Assembly: GCA_030765555.1 (NCBI GenBank)
Contig: JAVCCI010000073.1
Coordinates: 1-46,179 of the forward strand
Length of the DNA stretch: 46,179 bases
From: Candidatus Kappaea frigidicola
Lineage (GTDB): Bacteria > Omnitrophota > Gorgyraeia > JAGLLT01
Reading direction: 5' to 3'
The position numbers and the translations under genes are program-made. Shown here in pieces: positions 44,672 to 46,179 of this stretch. A model generated the notes under the pieces. That model had not been told where the DNA came from. It did not search any database and saw only the letters and a list, made by a program, of their open reading frames with translations. Position 1 is the stretch's first letter, and every line of letters starts with the position of its first letter.

Positions 44672-45476
44672 CTAGTTCACCTACTTTTAAACAATAAACT
44701 CTTTTTAAAAAATCAGCTACTGCACGTACATTTTTAAGACTATATATTGCCTTTGACTTTTTATTATTCCCTACATGAATACTTACATCTCTTGTATTCA
44801 TTATTTCAAAAACATCTTCATCGGTTACATCATCACCTAGATATACTAAAAGCGGAGATTTTTTGAGATATATCTTTTTAAGTTTTAGAACAACTGTACC
44901 TTTATTTTGCTTGTATGGTGGTCTAATTTCAAAAACCTTCTTGCCTCTTGTTACTCTAACTAATTTTTTTTTCTCTATTTCACCCACTATTTCACTAAAT
45001 ATCCTTTTAGCTATTAAAGCGTTTTTATTGTTGGCCATACGATAATGTAAAGTTAAGGAATACTTCTTATCTTCAAGCCAAACACCTTTATAGCGCTTTA
45101 TTTCATTTTCTAACTTTTTAGATAAATCTCTCATTAAACTAAGAGAATTTTTTATCTTACCCTTGGCTAAAATTTCTACTTTGGTACTTTTTGGTTTTTT
45201 TAATTCCAAGCCGTGATTACCTACATAGTAAACATTTTTTAGCTTAAGTTGTTTTCTAACATCGGCAATCGGACGACCACTAATAAAACCCAAAATAATA
45301 CTTCTAGTTTTATTTAATTTATTTAATAAAGAAAGGATATCTTTATCTACTTTGACGAGGTCAGGATGGCTTACTATGGGACACAGAGTGCCATCAAAAT
45401 CTAAGAGAAGAAGTATAAAGGCACTTTTTTTAATTTTTGCAGATACGTTTTTCCAGTTATTAAATAAATCCTTCAT
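44664..45476 (-). CDS. otsB: Trehalose-6-phosphate phosphatase (HAD family)
   Basis: HAD motif I LLLDFDGTL, YLGDDVTDED motif IV, and position downstream of otsA. Confidence 0.85.
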   Translation of the reverse strand: MKDLFNNWKNVSAKIKKSAFILLLLDFDGTLCPIVSHPDLVKVDKDILSLLNKLNKTRSIILGFISGRPIADVRKQLKLKNVYYVGNHGLELKKPKSTKVEILAKGKIKNSLSLMRDLSKKLENEIKRYKGVWLEDKKYSLTLHYRMANNKNALIAKRIFSEIVGEIEKKKLVRVTRGKKVFEIRPPYKQNKGTVVLKLKKIYLKKSPLLVYLGDDVTDEDVFEIMNTRDVSIHVGNNKKSKAIYSLKNVRAVADFLKRVYCLKVGELDA

Positions 45477-45480
45477 ATTT

Positions 45481-46179
45481 TTAATTTAAATAAAATTTTG
45501 ATAATTCCAAAATAACAGTTGAAGCCCATTTGTAAATATTATTCTCAGAAACTATGTCTCTTGAGATTTTCATTCTCTTTTCTTTTTCTTTAGAAGGCAT
45601 ATCTATAGCATGTTTTAAAGCTTCTACAAATTCATTCGTATCATAAGGATTAATAAAAATTGATTCTTGCAGCTCTCTAGCAGAACCGGTAAACTGACTT
45701 AAAATAACTATTCCTTTATTATCAAATTTTGAGGCAATATACTCTTTAGCAACTAAATTCATACCATCATGTAGCGAACTGATAACAATCACATCAGAAA
45801 TGCGATAAAAAGCTAAAATATCCTTATAAGGAATGAATTCCTTTGAAAAAACAATAGGTGCCCACTCACTGGTTGAATGCTTCCAATTTATTTCACCCAC
45901 CAGACGATTTATCTCACTATTAATAGCCTCATATGATTTTAAAAGAATACGGCTTATAGCTCCAATTTGAACAAAAACAACTTTCTCTTTATATTGAGGA
46001 TATTTATCCAAAAACTTGTCAAATGCAATTAGACGTTCAGGTATACCTTTAATATAATCAATTCTATCACAACCTAAAAAAACTATCTTACCCTCCAAAG
46101 ACAACTCTTTCTTTAGTTGATCAGCTCTCTCTTCAGTTTCTTTTGAGACCACTTGATCCTCAATCTCCTGAGCATCAAC
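45481..46179 (-). CDS. otsA: Trehalose-6-phosphate synthase, partial (N-terminus beyond window end)
   Basis: The frame stays open to position 46179; the track M at 46152 is an internal GTG/Val. GT20 family motifs are present: LGCDRIDYIKGIPERL...VFVQIG...SSLHDGMNLVAKEY. Confidence 0.88.
   Translation of the reverse strand, partial: VDAQEIEDQVVSKETEERADQLKKELSLEGKIVFLGCDRIDYIKGIPERLIAFDKFLDKYPQYKEKVVFVQIGAISRILLKSYEAINSEINRLVGEINWKHSTSEWAPIVFSKEFIPYKDILAFYRISDVIVISSLHDGMNLVAKEYIASKFDNKGIVILSQFTGSARELQESIFINPYDTNEFVEALKHAIDMPSKEKEKRMKISRDIVSENNIYKWASTVILELSKFYLN

Noticed and set aside
1-46179. CRISPR arrays, transposases/IS elements, prophage genes, toxin-antitoxin pairs, restriction-modification or other defence systems, alternative genetic code, pseudogenes.
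   Set aside because: I saw no spaced direct repeats and no transposase, integrase or phage-like ORFs. Every sizeable ORF is explained by a housekeeping family. All ORFs are uninterrupted under the standard bacterial code.

Overview
AT-rich (roughly one-third G+C by eye), very densely packed bacterial chromosomal segment. I count about 50 protein genes and 7 tRNA genes. Nearly all lie on the minus strand; only two short plus-strand islands interrupt this (gfo-lpxB and a ppiD-like gene). The content is core housekeeping of a diderm (LPS-bearing) bacterium.

Gene content from left to right:
- ROK glucokinase (partial), two tandem TM-GAF-GGDEF diguanylate cyclases, an orphan MalK-like ATPase, accD and an MFS transporter.
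- A tRNA/glmS block: Thr-Phe-Asp-Val tRNAs, glmS, then Glu-Lys tRNAs.
- frr-pyrH-tsf-rpsB.
- An outer-membrane/lipid A block: msbA-like, gfo-lpxB, lpxI-lpxA-lpxC::fabZ-lpxD-skp-bamA.
- dnaB-rplI-rpsR-ssb-rpsF-pth-rplY-prs-glmU, tRNA-Gln, spoVG-ispE, split transketolase, a TPR protein and hisG.
- A ppiD-like chaperone gene.
- A dNTP-supply block: nrdR-nrdD-redoxin, dCMP deaminase, glyA.
- rpiB, a tsaC::LMW-phosphatase fusion, and otsB-otsA (partial).

I found no mobile elements, integrases, CRISPR arrays, toxin-antitoxin pairs or recognisable defence genes. I found no convincing multi-gene novel system either; this looks like a conserved syntenic core region.

The items most worth a second look are individually modest:
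- SpoVG carrying an inserted four-Cys zinc ribbon.
- A TsaC-LMW phosphatase gene fusion.
- An NrdR-box-controlled nrdR-nrdD-redoxin operon with no activase gene nearby.
- Two micro-ORFs absent from the ORF track, one resembling ribosomal protein bS22.
- glmS wedged between tRNA genes with a 15-nt leader that has no Shine-Dalgarno sequence.
- A Gfo/Idh/MocA dehydrogenase translationally coupled to lpxB.
- A 46-bp perfect palindrome.

All calls rest on reading the translations and motifs by eye. No database search was possible.
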